DNA of 64,000 nt, taken from NCBI GenBank assembly GCA_022826025.1, contig JAJDVR010000096.1, positions 1,840-65,839 on the forward strand. Reading direction: 5' to 3'. The position numbers and the translations under genes were made by a program. Source of the stretch: Gemmatimonadota bacterium. Its GTDB lineage: Bacteria > Gemmatimonadota > Gemmatimonadetes > Longimicrobiales > Gaopeijiaceae. Positions 47,679 through 57,109 of the stretch are shown in pieces; position 1 is the first letter of the stretch, and each line of letters starts with the position of its first letter. Under the pieces are notes generated by a model. It did no database searches. It worked only from the letters and a program-made list of their open reading frames with translations, and was not told the origin of the DNA.

Positions 47679-48098
47679 ATGGAACTCTATCTGTCGCTGG
47701 CCTGCGACTCCGCGCGCCAGGCTGCTTCCGGAACCCGGATCGATGTCCAGGGCGCCTTCAACGACCTTTTCGCGCCCGGGTTCCCCGCCGTCCAGAGCCG
47801 GATGGTGATCGTGGCGGGCATCGAGTGGGACCGGAGCGACGACGGCAGCTATCGTTTTCGTGTGGATCTGCTCGATCCTTCGGGGAAGCCGTGCCTGACG
47901 GTCGAGGGCGAGACCCAGGTCGACCGGCGCGCTCCCGATCGGCCGCCTGCCCGCACCTGCCTGATCATGCCCGTGGAGAACGTGGTGTTTCCGGTTCCCG
48001 GGAGGTACCGATTCAGCGTGAGCGCGAAGGGACGTGTCTTTAAAGGGTCGGCGCTCCACCTCTTCGAGGATCCCGATGTTGCTCCCGCGGACGGGTAG
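47679..48098 (+). CDS. small beta-rich protein, DUF6941-like
   Basis: ATG 47679 lies 5 nt after the hyuB-like stop. MELYLSLACDSA..IDVQGAFNDLFAPGFPAVQSRMVIVAGIEW matches the pattern I associate with DUF6941. It forms the last 139 codons of shadow ORF 46185..48098. Confidence 0.55.
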   Translation: MELYLSLACDSARQAASGTRIDVQGAFNDLFAPGFPAVQSRMVIVAGIEWDRSDDGSYRFRVDLLDPSGKPCLTVEGETQVDRRAPDRPPARTCLIMPVENVVFPVPGRYRFSVSAKGRVFKGSALHLFEDPDVAPADG

Positions 48099-48157
48099 CC
48101 GCGGCTGCCCGCAGGGCGCGACCATGCGCCGACGGGCCGAACGAGCGTGAGGTATCC

Positions 48158-50032
48158 ATGAGCGAGCCCGAGCGTCGATTCGCTTTCGCGGACTTCGTCG
48201 CCGAGATGCGGCGCAGGCGCGTCGTGCGTTTCGCCCTTGGGTACTGCGCCGTCGCCTTCGTGGTTCTCCAACTGGGCGAGATCGTCCTTCCGGCATTCGG
48301 CCTGGGCGACACCGGATTGCGCATCCTGGTCGTTGTCGTCGTGCTGGGTTTCCCGCCCGGGATCGCGCTCGCCTGGATATTCGAGTTCACAAGGGAGGGC
48401 ATCCGGCGGACGCGGGGCGGCCTGGAGGGCATGCTTCCCCGCGTCGTCTTCCTCGTCTTCACCGTCGGGATTGCAGGCGGGCTGGCGGGTTGGCTCTCGT
48501 CGAGGGGAGCCTTCACGCCCGTGGACCAGCAGGAGGCGATTGCGCTGGAGGCCTACGATCCCAACCAGCCGATCACGTCGATCGCCGTGCTTCCCCTGGA
48601 GGACTTCTCCCCCGACGCGAGCGAGGCCTACTTCGTGGCGGGCCTGCAGGAGGAACTGACCTCGAGCCTCAGCCAGCTCGAATGGCTTCGCGTGGCGTCA
48701 CGGACTTCCACGATGCAGTACCAGGGCACGACCAGCTCCGCGCCGTTGATCGGCCGCCAACTGGGCGTCGATGCGCTCGTGGAGGGGTCGGTGACCCGTG
48801 CCGGGGACCAGGTGCGCATCACGCTCCAGCTCATCCACGCCGCGAGCGACTCGCACATACAGACCTTCCGCTTCGACCGCGAAATGACCGACGTGCTCGC
48901 GCTTCAGAGCGAGGTGGCGAACGCGGTGGTATCGGAAATACCAGGGAGACTCGAACAGCAGGAGGAGGTTGCCCTGGTTGCGGCCCGCGGGCCGGGCGGC
49001 GATCCGGAGACACAGGAAGCCTACCTGAGGGGACGCTACCAGTTCGGGCTGGGCACGCCCGACGGATACCGCCGGGCCTTGGAGTACTTCCAGCAGGCGC
49101 TGCGCAACGACTCGGGATTCGCTCCGGCCCTCGCCGGTCTCGCCGGAGCGCGCTTCCTGGCCAGCATCGAAGACGGCTTCCTGGACGCGGGAGAGGTCGG
49201 AGAGGCAAGCGACGAAGCCAGGCGCGCCCTGGCACTCGATCCGGGGTCCGCCGAAGCCCGCGAGGTACTCCAGTTCCTTGAGGGCAACCTCCCGCTGGAG
49301 ATCCCCGCGCCCAGCACGGCCATCCCCGCTCCTCCCCTCTCCGCGTCCGATTCCCGCAGGGTGCCGCTGGCCGAGCTGGATACCGCCTGGGCCATCGCCA
49401 CGACGGAGATCGGCCGCGGCCTGGAGGATGCCGTGAGCCGCCGTTTCCTGCAGTCGGCGCGCACCGACGCCGGGCGCCAGGTATTCGTGGCGCGCCGGCT
49501 GGCGGGGGACGGGCGTATCGACTCGGCCATTGAAGTGCTGGAGACGTTGCTCATCGACCATCCCAACGTCAGCCCGGCGTGGGAGACGCTGGCGCGCATG
49601 CACGCATCCGCCGGAGACGTCGCCGCCGCGGTGGCGACCATGCGCCGCTGGAGCACCTATGGGTGGCCGGATGCTCCCGGCGCGGAGGCCCTCGACCAGC
49701 TCGAGCAGGCGGTCGCGTCCGGGGGCACGGCCGGGTACTGGTCCTGGCAGCTTGACCGGCTGCACACCATCCAGGGCGAGGGCCGGCGGGTTGCCCCCAC
49801 CTCTTTCGCCGAGGCGAGCCTCTGGGCCGGTGACCGCGAAGGCGCCCTCGATCAGCTCCGCGAGGCTCTCGAAACATCGGACCCCCGGCTCATGATGCTG
49901 CGCACCGATCCGACCTGGGATCCCCTGCGCAGCGACCCGGCGTTCGCCGAGATCGTTCGGGAGGCGCGGGCTCGCTTCGCACCGCCGGAACGGGGGCAGG
50001 ACGGACGGCAGCGGCGGCCGGACCCGCGATAG
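48158..50032 (+). CDS. membrane-anchored protein with a TolB-N/FlgO-like domain and C-terminal TPR repeats
   Basis: N-terminal cytoplasmic segment and a TM region (VVRFALGYCAVAFVVLQLGEIVLP..). IAVLPLEDFSPD..YFVAGLQEELTSSL..DALVEGSV module, followed by TPR-like helices. Confidence 0.7.
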   Translation: MSEPERRFAFADFVAEMRRRRVVRFALGYCAVAFVVLQLGEIVLPAFGLGDTGLRILVVVVVLGFPPGIALAWIFEFTREGIRRTRGGLEGMLPRVVFLVFTVGIAGGLAGWLSSRGAFTPVDQQEAIALEAYDPNQPITSIAVLPLEDFSPDASEAYFVAGLQEELTSSLSQLEWLRVASRTSTMQYQGTTSSAPLIGRQLGVDALVEGSVTRAGDQVRITLQLIHAASDSHIQTFRFDREMTDVLALQSEVANAVVSEIPGRLEQQEEVALVAARGPGGDPETQEAYLRGRYQFGLGTPDGYRRALEYFQQALRNDSGFAPALAGLAGARFLASIEDGFLDAGEVGEASDEARRALALDPGSAEAREVLQFLEGNLPLEIPAPSTAIPAPPLSASDSRRVPLAELDTAWAIATTEIGRGLEDAVSRRFLQSARTDAGRQVFVARRLAGDGRIDSAIEVLETLLIDHPNVSPAWETLARMHASAGDVAAAVATMRRWSTYGWPDAPGAEALDQLEQAVASGGTAGYWSWQLDRLHTIQGEGRRVAPTSFAEASLWAGDREGALDQLREALETSDPRLMMLRTDPTWDPLRSDPAFAEIVREARARFAPPERGQDGRQRRPDPR

Positions 50033-50147
50033 CGCAGGTCTCCAACCCCGTTCCTTGCCCGGAATTGCCCGAAGGGTTTCATTCGGCGAGGCGGACGACG
50101 GTCTGCGCGGACCCGGCGCGCAGTCAGGAACCACACAGGAGCAGGCA

Positions 50148-51035
50148 ATGTCCGCGATCCCGTTGCGGCCTCTGGATTTCGGGGAGGTTCTCGACCTCGG
50201 CTTCGGACTCTTCCGGCGCGACTATCGGCTCTACATGCCGCTCGCCCTCGTCGGTCTTGTGCCGGCAATGGTGGCGACGGTGATCCCGACCACGTCCGAG
50301 ATCGATCCGGAGGCCATCGTGGCCGACCCCGGCGCGGTGCTGCCGTTCTTCGGACTCATGGCCGTCGGCATGGTGTTCTCGCTGCTGACCTGGGGGGCGC
50401 TCGCGACGGCCATGGACGACCGGATGGGCGATCGGCCCGCCTCGATCGGGAGCAGCTACGCGCGGGCTCTCACCGCCCTTCCCCGGCTGCTGGCCGCCGG
50501 CGCCGTCGCCCTGGCGCTGCTGGCGGCGGCGATCTTCGCCCTGACCTTCCCCATGATGGCGCTCGTGGCTCTCGCCGCGCAGGCCGCTTCTCTCGCAAGC
50601 GCCCTGATCTCGTCTGTCGTGATCCTGGCGTTGGCGGCAGCGGTCGTGGGATGGTGGGCCACGCACATCTTCATGCTGGTGCCCGCGACCGCGGTCGAAG
50701 GGCGCGGGCCGCTCGCGGGCCTGCGGCGATCCTTCGGGCTGGTGCGGGGCAGTCGCATGCGGACCTTCTTCGTTGTCGTTGTCACCTGGTTCATCAGCGC
50801 CATGCCGGGGGTGGCCGCGTACTCGCTTGCGGGTTCGATGGGAGATCTGTTCGCAGCCAACCCGGCACAGACCATCGGCCTGGTCCGGTTCTGGGTGATC
50901 CAGATCGTCGGACTGGGCTTTCAGTCGGTGACCACTCCGCTGTTGATGGCGTGCGCCATGGTGCTTTTTGCGGACCTGAAGGCGCGGAGTGAAGGGACGG
51001 ATCTCGAGGCCGCAGCCCGCGCGATGGCGGGTTGA
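50148..51035 (+). CDS. polytopic membrane protein (hypothetical), first gene of the MoxR cluster
   Basis: ATG 50148 with an upstream AGGAG. About 6 TM segments. The stop is immediately followed by the next gene's GTG. Confidence 0.55.
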   Translation: MSAIPLRPLDFGEVLDLGFGLFRRDYRLYMPLALVGLVPAMVATVIPTTSEIDPEAIVADPGAVLPFFGLMAVGMVFSLLTWGALATAMDDRMGDRPASIGSSYARALTALPRLLAAGAVALALLAAAIFALTFPMMALVALAAQAASLASALISSVVILALAAAVVGWWATHIFMLVPATAVEGRGPLAGLRRSFGLVRGSRMRTFFVVVVTWFISAMPGVAAYSLAGSMGDLFAANPAQTIGLVRFWVIQIVGLGFQSVTTPLLMACAMVLFADLKARSEGTDLEAAARAMAG

Positions 51036-51677
51036 GTGTTCCAGGAGCAGCTTCCCTCCGCCGAGGAGGTGTCGCGAACGCTCGCAGACATCCTTGCGGC
51101 ACCGGAATTCCAGGCCTTCGAAGGTGGGTTGTCGAGTCGAGTGCTGGCCGAGCTGTGGATGCGGTTCTGGGACTGGGTCCGCAGCATGTTCCCGGGCATT
51201 TCGGAATCACAGGCCGAACTGCTGACCGTAGTCATCGCGGCCGTCTCCCTCGGCGCCGTCGCCCTGGTTGTGCTGCGCTCGCTGCCGCAGACCGGTCTGC
51301 AATCGGCGCGGCTTGATCCCGGCGCGGTACCCGACGAGCGTCGCACCGCCCGGGACTGGCTGCGCATCGCCGCCGAGAGAGCACGCGCTACGGAGTATCG
51401 GCACGCCGCCTCGGCACTGTATCAGGGTTTCATCCTCACTCTGGAACGCAGGGGCGCGGTCGACTTCCACCCGTCCAAGACCCCCGGGGAGTATGCGCTG
51501 GAGGCGGCCGGGGGCGGGGTCATCGACGAACGCGAGGAAGCCGACGCGACCCGTTTTATTCGCTCCTTTCAGGAACTCGCCTTCGGCTCGGAGACCCCTA
51601 CCTCCACCGGCTACCGCGGTCTCGAGCAGCTGGCCGGGCCGATGGGGTGCGAGGGAACCCGGGAGGCGGGGAGGTGA
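51036..51677 (+). CDS. DUF4129-like protein
   Basis: One central TM segment. C-terminal ..FHPSKTPGEYA....FIRSFQELAFG resembles the DUF4129 motif. GTG 51036 abuts the upstream stop. Confidence 0.6.
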   Translation: MFQEQLPSAEEVSRTLADILAAPEFQAFEGGLSSRVLAELWMRFWDWVRSMFPGISESQAELLTVVIAAVSLGAVALVVLRSLPQTGLQSARLDPGAVPDERRTARDWLRIAAERARATEYRHAASALYQGFILTLERRGAVDFHPSKTPGEYALEAAGGGVIDEREEADATRFIRSFQELAFGSETPTSTGYRGLEQLAGPMGCEGTREAGR

Positions 51678-53005
51678 CCCCGGAACGGGCTCGGCCGCGG
51701 ATCGGGGCGACCGCGCGCCCTGACCGGCGGACGCGAGGGTCCCCTGCCCACGGCGCCGGATGGGGAGTTCTGGCCGCGATCGCGGTGGTCACGCTACTGC
51801 TCGTGGTGACGGCGTTCGCGCTGCGTCCGTCGGGCTCCTCGGCGCGAGACGTCCGCCGCAGCGCGCTGCGCGCCACGCCCGACGGGGTTGCGGGGCTGTA
51901 CCGCGCGATCGGGCGCCTGGGACCGCCCAGCGCGATCCGGGTGACGCCTCTCGTGGACGCCGAACCCCTGCGCGGGACCCTGGTGATGCTGCAACCGGTG
52001 CGGCGGCCCAACCCGCGCGAAGTGCACGAGTTGCTGGAGTGGGTGCGGGGCGGGGGAACCCTGATCCACGCCCCCCGCGCCGCGTCGCCCATCCTGGACT
52101 CGCTCGGGCTGGTGCGGCGCACGCTCCTGGAAGCCGGGGACTCCGCAGAGGCACCGGGCGCGTCGCCGGGTCCGGAACTCGAGGACGGCCCGCTCTGGAG
52201 CGGTGACCACCCCCTGACCGAAGGACTGCCCATGGCCCGCGCGGCGCGTTACGCGATCGCGCCCGACACGGCCTCCGAGGAGAACGAAGAAGAGGACGAG
52301 GCGGACGAGGACGAAGAGCCGGGGCCCGATCCCGTGCCCCACCATCCCCTGCTCCTGTCCGCCCCCGACTCCGCCGGCCATCGCTGGGCGGTCGCTGTCT
52401 CGATTCCGCTGCGCGAGGGGCGCATCATCACCTTCGCCGACGCGCGACCCCTCTCCAACCGCTTCGCCGGCGAGGGGGCTCTGGCCGTGTTGGCGGTGCG
52501 CGCGGCCATCGCCTGGACGAACCCGGGAGACTCCGTCTTCTTCGACGAGTTCAGCCAGGGACTGGGGGCGTCTCGCTCCCCCGCGCGCGCGACCGTGGAT
52601 TTCCTCGTCGGCACGCCCGTCGGAAGAGCTTCGCTTCACCTGGGCGTGGTCGTTCTCCTGGCGTTCTTCTGCGCCGGGCTCCGCTTCGGCGCTCCGCTGG
52701 TTCCGGCGGTCGGACCACGGCGATCCTCGCTGGAACACGTGACGGCTCTCGCGGCGGTATACGAAAGCGCGCAGGCCCGGGAAACCGCGGCCGTCCTGAT
52801 GCTCGGACGACTTGCGCGTGCCGCCCATCTCCCGCCTCCCCAGGACCTGCGGGAAGCCGAGCGTCTGCTGGCGCGACTGGAGAAGCGGACCGCGCGTCCC
52901 CGGGCACTCCGGCTCATCCGCCAGGGCCTCGCGGCCAGTCCCCTGGACCTGATTCGGGTCGCGCAGGGCATCGACAACCACACCCAAAGGAGAAGGTCCG
53001 CATGA
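51674..53005 (+). CDS. DUF4350-like protein
   Basis: GTG 51674 overlaps the upstream stop (GTGA). N-terminal TM segment, GGTLI segment, acidic insert EENEEEDEADEDEE, and a C-terminal TM segment. The family call is tentative. Confidence 0.55.
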   Translation: MTPERARPRIGATARPDRRTRGSPAHGAGWGVLAAIAVVTLLLVVTAFALRPSGSSARDVRRSALRATPDGVAGLYRAIGRLGPPSAIRVTPLVDAEPLRGTLVMLQPVRRPNPREVHELLEWVRGGGTLIHAPRAASPILDSLGLVRRTLLEAGDSAEAPGASPGPELEDGPLWSGDHPLTEGLPMARAARYAIAPDTASEENEEEDEADEDEEPGPDPVPHHPLLLSAPDSAGHRWAVAVSIPLREGRIITFADARPLSNRFAGEGALAVLAVRAAIAWTNPGDSVFFDEFSQGLGASRSPARATVDFLVGTPVGRASLHLGVVVLLAFFCAGLRFGAPLVPAVGPRRSSLEHVTALAAVYESAQARETAAVLMLGRLARAAHLPPPQDLREAERLLARLEKRTARPRALRLIRQGLAASPLDLIRVAQGIDNHTQRRRSA

Positions 53006-53949
53006 ATTCGCCGGATCCGGCGCTGCGGCTGCTCGCCGCCCTCGACCAGATCGTGCTCGGCCAGGCCACCATGCTCAGGCAGATGACGATCACCCTCCTC
53101 GCCCGCGGACACGCGCTCGTCGAAGGTGTCCCGGGAACGGCGAAGACGCTGGCGGTGCGCGCGCTCGCAAGGGGGCTGAGCCTGGATTTCGGCCGGGTGC
53201 AGTTCACCCCGGACCTGATGCCCACCGATCTCACGGGATTGAACGTCCTGGACGACACCGGACGCGACTTCACCTGGCGGCCGGGGCCCGTCTTCGCCGA
53301 TCTCCTGCTGGCCGACGAGATCAACCGGGCGCCCGCCAAGACCCAGGCCGCGCTGCTCGAATCGATGGAGGAGCGGCAGGTCACGGTGGACGGGACAACG
53401 CGTCCGCTGCCGGAGGCCTTCACCGTGTTCGCCACCCAGAACCCGGTCGAATACGAGGGCACCTACCCGCTCCCGGAGGCGCAGGTGGACCGCTTTCTGA
53501 TGAAGATCTCGGTGGATTATCCCCCGGAGGAGGCGGAGCGCCGCATCCTCGACCGCCACGACGCCGGCTTCCGCGCGGACGACGAGGCCACCTACCCGCT
53601 GGGCGAGCCGGTATCCCGGGAGGAGCTGCTGGCGATGCGGGATGCCGTGAACCGCATGCACGTGGACGAGCGCATCCGCCGCTACATCACCGACATCGTG
53701 CGCGCGACGCGCGAGGAATCGGTCTTCGCGCTGGGGGCGAGTCCGCGCGCCGGCGTGGCCCTGCTGCAGGCGGCCAAGGCCGAGGCCTGGCTCAACGGTC
53801 GGGACTTCGCCATTCCCGACGACGTAAAGGCGCTGTCCTTTCCGGTTCTCCGCCACCGGGTGGTTCTCACCCCCGAAGCGGAGGTGGAGGGACGATCTTC
53901 CGACGACGAGGTCGCGGCGTTGCTCGAGACCCTGGAAGCGCCACGGTAG
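53002..53949 (+). CDS. MoxR-family AAA+ ATPase
   Basis: LVEGVPGTAKTL Walker A, LLADEINRAPAKTQAALLESMEE Walker B/sensor, and QNPVEYEGTYPLPEAQVDRF. ATGA overlap with the upstream gene. Confidence 0.9.
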   Translation: MNSPDPALRLLAALDQIVLGQATMLRQMTITLLARGHALVEGVPGTAKTLAVRALARGLSLDFGRVQFTPDLMPTDLTGLNVLDDTGRDFTWRPGPVFADLLLADEINRAPAKTQAALLESMEERQVTVDGTTRPLPEAFTVFATQNPVEYEGTYPLPEAQVDRFLMKISVDYPPEEAERRILDRHDAGFRADDEATYPLGEPVSREELLAMRDAVNRMHVDERIRRYITDIVRATREESVFALGASPRAGVALLQAAKAEAWLNGRDFAIPDDVKALSFPVLRHRVVLTPEAEVEGRSSDDEVAALLETLEAPR

Positions 53950-53987
53950 CAGCCCGTGGACGAACTCTCCCCGGCGTTCAAGCGGCG

Positions 53988-55301
53988 ATGATCCGCGCTG
54001 TCCCGAGCCGGCGCGCCCTCTGGCTCCTCGCGCTGGCCTCGCCGCTGCTGGCGGTATCGGTTCCGGTCGCGCTCCTGGCCGACCTGGTCATCGGAGGACT
54101 GATCCTGCTGGACGCGCGCCGGACACGGACCCCCGAGGTGAGCCGGCGGGCCCCCGAGGTGGCCTCCCTGGGCACGTTCGCGGAAGCGGTCCTCACGCTC
54201 GCCAACCCCGCCCCGCGCGCCGTCCGCGTGATGCTCACGGACGACATCGACGCGAGGTTCGAGCGCCGGGGCGCCCACCGGGGCCACGAGGACTGGAACG
54301 CGGGCGTGCGACTGACCCTGCCGCCCGGCGGGTCGGTCTCGCGATCCTACCGGATCCGGCCACGCGCGCGCGGGTTCCTGGAACTCGGCGACCTGCACTT
54401 GCGCGCGCTGGGCCCGCTCGGGCTCGCGTGGACGCGCGTCACCGTGCCGGCGTCCGACGTGGTGCGCGTCCAGCCGGGCATCCGCGACTTCCTGTGGGAC
54501 CGCAAGCACAGCCTTCGCCGCCCGCTCCACGAGATGGGACCCCGGCGCACGCGCATGCGCGCGGAAGGCACCGAGTTCGAGAGCCTGCGAGAGTACGTGA
54601 AGGGCGACGATCCGCGCACCATCGACTGGAAGGCCTCCGCCAGGCGCCGGCACTTCGTGGTGCGCAACTACCAGGCGGAGCGCGGGCAGCACATCGTCCT
54701 CGCCATCGACGCGGGCCGTCACATGCGCGAGACCATCCTGGACCGGGAGCGCGCCGACATCGCGCTGGCCGCGTGCATGCTGCTGGCCAGCCGCGCGCAG
54801 GCCTACGGGGATCGCCTCGGGGTGATGGTCTTCGACGACCGCATCCGCCACCTGTCGGCGCCGAGGCGGGTGAACCTTCCCCGGCTCGCCGAGACGCTCA
54901 CCGGGGTCGAGACCCGCCTGGTGGAGCCCAACTACCCCCTGGCCATGGCGACGCTGGGACGAACCTTCAGCAAGCGTTCGCTGGTGGTGCTCTTCTCCGA
55001 CGTGATCGACGAAACCGTCTCGCGGGCCCTGGTTCGCTCGCTGGGCCGGGTCGCGCGCGCGCACCTCCCGCTCGCCGTGACCATCGGCAACCCGGGCCTG
55101 GAGGAAGCGGCCGGCCAGGTGGTGAGAGCCGATGGCGACGCCTTCCGCCGGGCGGCCGCCGCCGAACTTGCGCAGGCGCGCGCGCTGGCGCTGCAGGCCA
55201 TGCGGCGTTCCGGAATCCTCGTGGTCGATGTCCCGCCCGCCCAGACCCTCGCGGCCACGCTCGACAAGTACATGGAGGTGAAGGAACGGGGGTTGCTGTA
55301 G
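53988..55301 (+). CDS. DUF58 (vWA-like) protein, MoxR partner
   Basis: Two N-terminal TM segments and the DUF58 signature FESLREYVKGDDPRTIDWKASARR..VVRNYQAERGQHIVLAIDAG. Confidence 0.85.
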   Translation: MIRAVPSRRALWLLALASPLLAVSVPVALLADLVIGGLILLDARRTRTPEVSRRAPEVASLGTFAEAVLTLANPAPRAVRVMLTDDIDARFERRGAHRGHEDWNAGVRLTLPPGGSVSRSYRIRPRARGFLELGDLHLRALGPLGLAWTRVTVPASDVVRVQPGIRDFLWDRKHSLRRPLHEMGPRRTRMRAEGTEFESLREYVKGDDPRTIDWKASARRRHFVVRNYQAERGQHIVLAIDAGRHMRETILDRERADIALAACMLLASRAQAYGDRLGVMVFDDRIRHLSAPRRVNLPRLAETLTGVETRLVEPNYPLAMATLGRTFSKRSLVVLFSDVIDETVSRALVRSLGRVARAHLPLAVTIGNPGLEEAAGQVVRADGDAFRRAAAAELAQARALALQAMRRSGILVVDVPPAQTLAATLDKYMEVKERGLL

Positions 55302-55349
55302 CAATCCGGGGACGAAAGCCCGCGGGCATTCGCCTTCGCCCCCGGATCC

Positions 55350-57101
55350 CTACGGCCGACCCGCCTTCCTCCGCCCGCCCGCCGCGAAATAGACCGCCAG
55401 CAGGACCGCCGTCGCTCCACCGAACGAGAACTTCGCGGCCGCCGGCAGGCCCGACGGGGAATAGAAGCCTTCGACGATCCCCGCGATCACCAGCAGACCG
55501 ACCACGCCCGCCAACAGGGAGAGCGCATCCCGGCCTCGCGCCTGCAGCGCTGCCCGGCGCGTGCGGCGACCCGGCGCCAGGACCGCGGAGCCGAGCCAGA
55601 GCCCGGCGCCTCCCGCCAGGCAGATGGCGGTGAGTTCCATGAAGCCGTGCGGGAAGACGAACGCGAGAATGACCCCCAGCAGCCCCTCGTTCGCGTAGAG
55701 CCCCAGAACCGTGCCCAGGTGCACGCCGTTGAAAACCAGCAGCAGCACGGTCAGCGATCCCGCGAGAACCCCGCCCGCAAAGGCCAGCAGGGCAACCTGC
55801 ACGTTGTTGGTGATGAGGCTCGTCGAGGCCAGCGGCATGAGCGTGCCCGGGATGTCGACGTATTCGGCGTCGATGTCTCCCGCCGGGGTCGACTCCGCCC
55901 GCTCCAGCATGGCCGGCGACGTCATGTAGCGGGCCAGGACCGGATTCGATCGCACGAGGCCGTACGAGATGCCCATGGGACCGAAGAGCAGCAGGACCGC
56001 AAGCAGGATGGGCCGGTGGTACGTCCTCACCGCCTTCGGAAACCCGGATGTCATCCAGCGCCGCACCGACACGATGGACTCCCCGGTCACCCGGTAGAGG
56101 AGATTGTGGCCGGTTCCGGCCCAGCGTTCCAGGCTGCGCAGCACCGACGCGGGCGCGCCGTAGGTGCGGGCGCGGGCCAGGTCCGCGGTCATCCCGCGAT
56201 ACAGACGGCCGAAGTCTCGGAGTTCCCTCTCGGGGAGGCGCCCGAGCCCGCCCCTGCGGCTCTCGCGCAGCAGCTCGCCGAACCTGGCCCATTCCTGCCG
56301 CTGCTCCCGTACCAGGGCGGCCGCCTGCAGTCCCCAGGCACCGCCCGCCGCCGCCCGCCGCGGTTCCTCCTCATCGTGCAGCCGCACCAGGAACTCGTCG
56401 GTCGACACCGTTCCGAGCAGGGAATGCCCCTCGACCGCCGGGCGGATTGCCTGCAACACCGCGCTCGCGACCGAGCGCATCGCGTCGGGCGAGAGGCCGG
56501 CGCGGCGGCGGCGGTAGTTGCTGAGCAGTTCGAACTGCTCGGCCGAGAGCAGCGGACGGCCCGCCGCCGGGGCGGGCGAGGCGTCGGGCCAGGCCACTTC
56601 GCCCGTACTCCCGTCGCGCACCACGATGGTGTCGGCAGCCAGGTCGCCCAGTCGCTGGGATCGACCGGTGAGCATGATCACTCCCCCGCCGAGCACACCC
56701 GTCACCGCCGGCTGGAAGTCGACGATGCGCAGCACGTTGCGGATCACCGAGCCGCGCACCGAGACCGGCTGGCCGCTGGAGTGGAGCACCCGCAGGCCCA
56801 GGGCGCGCTTTCCGGGCGTCTGGCCGTCGCGCAGGAGCTCGAACAGCAGGAAGTATCCCCACTGCAGCACGAAGAAACCGAGCACCAGGACGCTCGCCGC
56901 CAGACTCTCGCCCAGGGACATTCCGCCCCGCCGCAGCAGTGCGTCGGCCATCATGAGCAGGATCAGGCCGCCTGCGATGATCGCCATGTCGATCAGCAGA
57001 GCAGCCAGCCGCGAGCCTGCGTCGGCCAGCTCGTAGTCCAGCCGGACGTGCTCGGGCGTCTCCAGCCGGAGCCGGCGGCCCGTGGTCGGCTTCTCCGACA
57101 C
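55350..57101 (-). CDS. fusion of an RDD-family membrane domain and a SpoIIM-like (DUF95) membrane domain
   Basis: RDD region (AGSRLAALLIDMAII..LLRDGQTPGKRALGLRV). The C-terminal half has ITNNVQVALLAFAGGV..FPHGFMELTAICLAGGAG, typical of SpoIIM/DUF95. GTG 57101 is chosen as the first start after the vapC stop. Confidence 0.75.
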   Translation of the reverse strand: MSEKPTTGRRLRLETPEHVRLDYELADAGSRLAALLIDMAIIAGGLILLMMADALLRRGGMSLGESLAASVLVLGFFVLQWGYFLLFELLRDGQTPGKRALGLRVLHSSGQPVSVRGSVIRNVLRIVDFQPAVTGVLGGGVIMLTGRSQRLGDLAADTIVVRDGSTGEVAWPDASPAPAAGRPLLSAEQFELLSNYRRRRAGLSPDAMRSVASAVLQAIRPAVEGHSLLGTVSTDEFLVRLHDEEEPRRAAAGGAWGLQAAALVREQRQEWARFGELLRESRRGGLGRLPERELRDFGRLYRGMTADLARARTYGAPASVLRSLERWAGTGHNLLYRVTGESIVSVRRWMTSGFPKAVRTYHRPILLAVLLLFGPMGISYGLVRSNPVLARYMTSPAMLERAESTPAGDIDAEYVDIPGTLMPLASTSLITNNVQVALLAFAGGVLAGSLTVLLLVFNGVHLGTVLGLYANEGLLGVILAFVFPHGFMELTAICLAGGAGLWLGSAVLAPGRRTRRAALQARGRDALSLLAGVVGLLVIAGIVEGFYSPSGLPAAAKFSFGGATAVLLAVYFAAGGRRKAGRP

Positions 57102-57109
57102 CGCGGGGC

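Noticed and set aside
46185-48098. 637-aa plus-strand ORF overlapping the HyuB-like gene
   Set aside because: It is an alternative frame of the hyuB-like gene for 498 codons (Arg/Gly/Ala-rich). Only the last 139 codons (from ATG 47679, after the hyuB stop) are plausible coding sequence.
55302-55349. Possible terminator between the convergent DUF58 and RDD-SpoIIM genes (TCCGGGG...CCCCGGA)
   Set aside because: It has 7-bp arms separated by a 28-nt unstructured loop. That is too weak to call.
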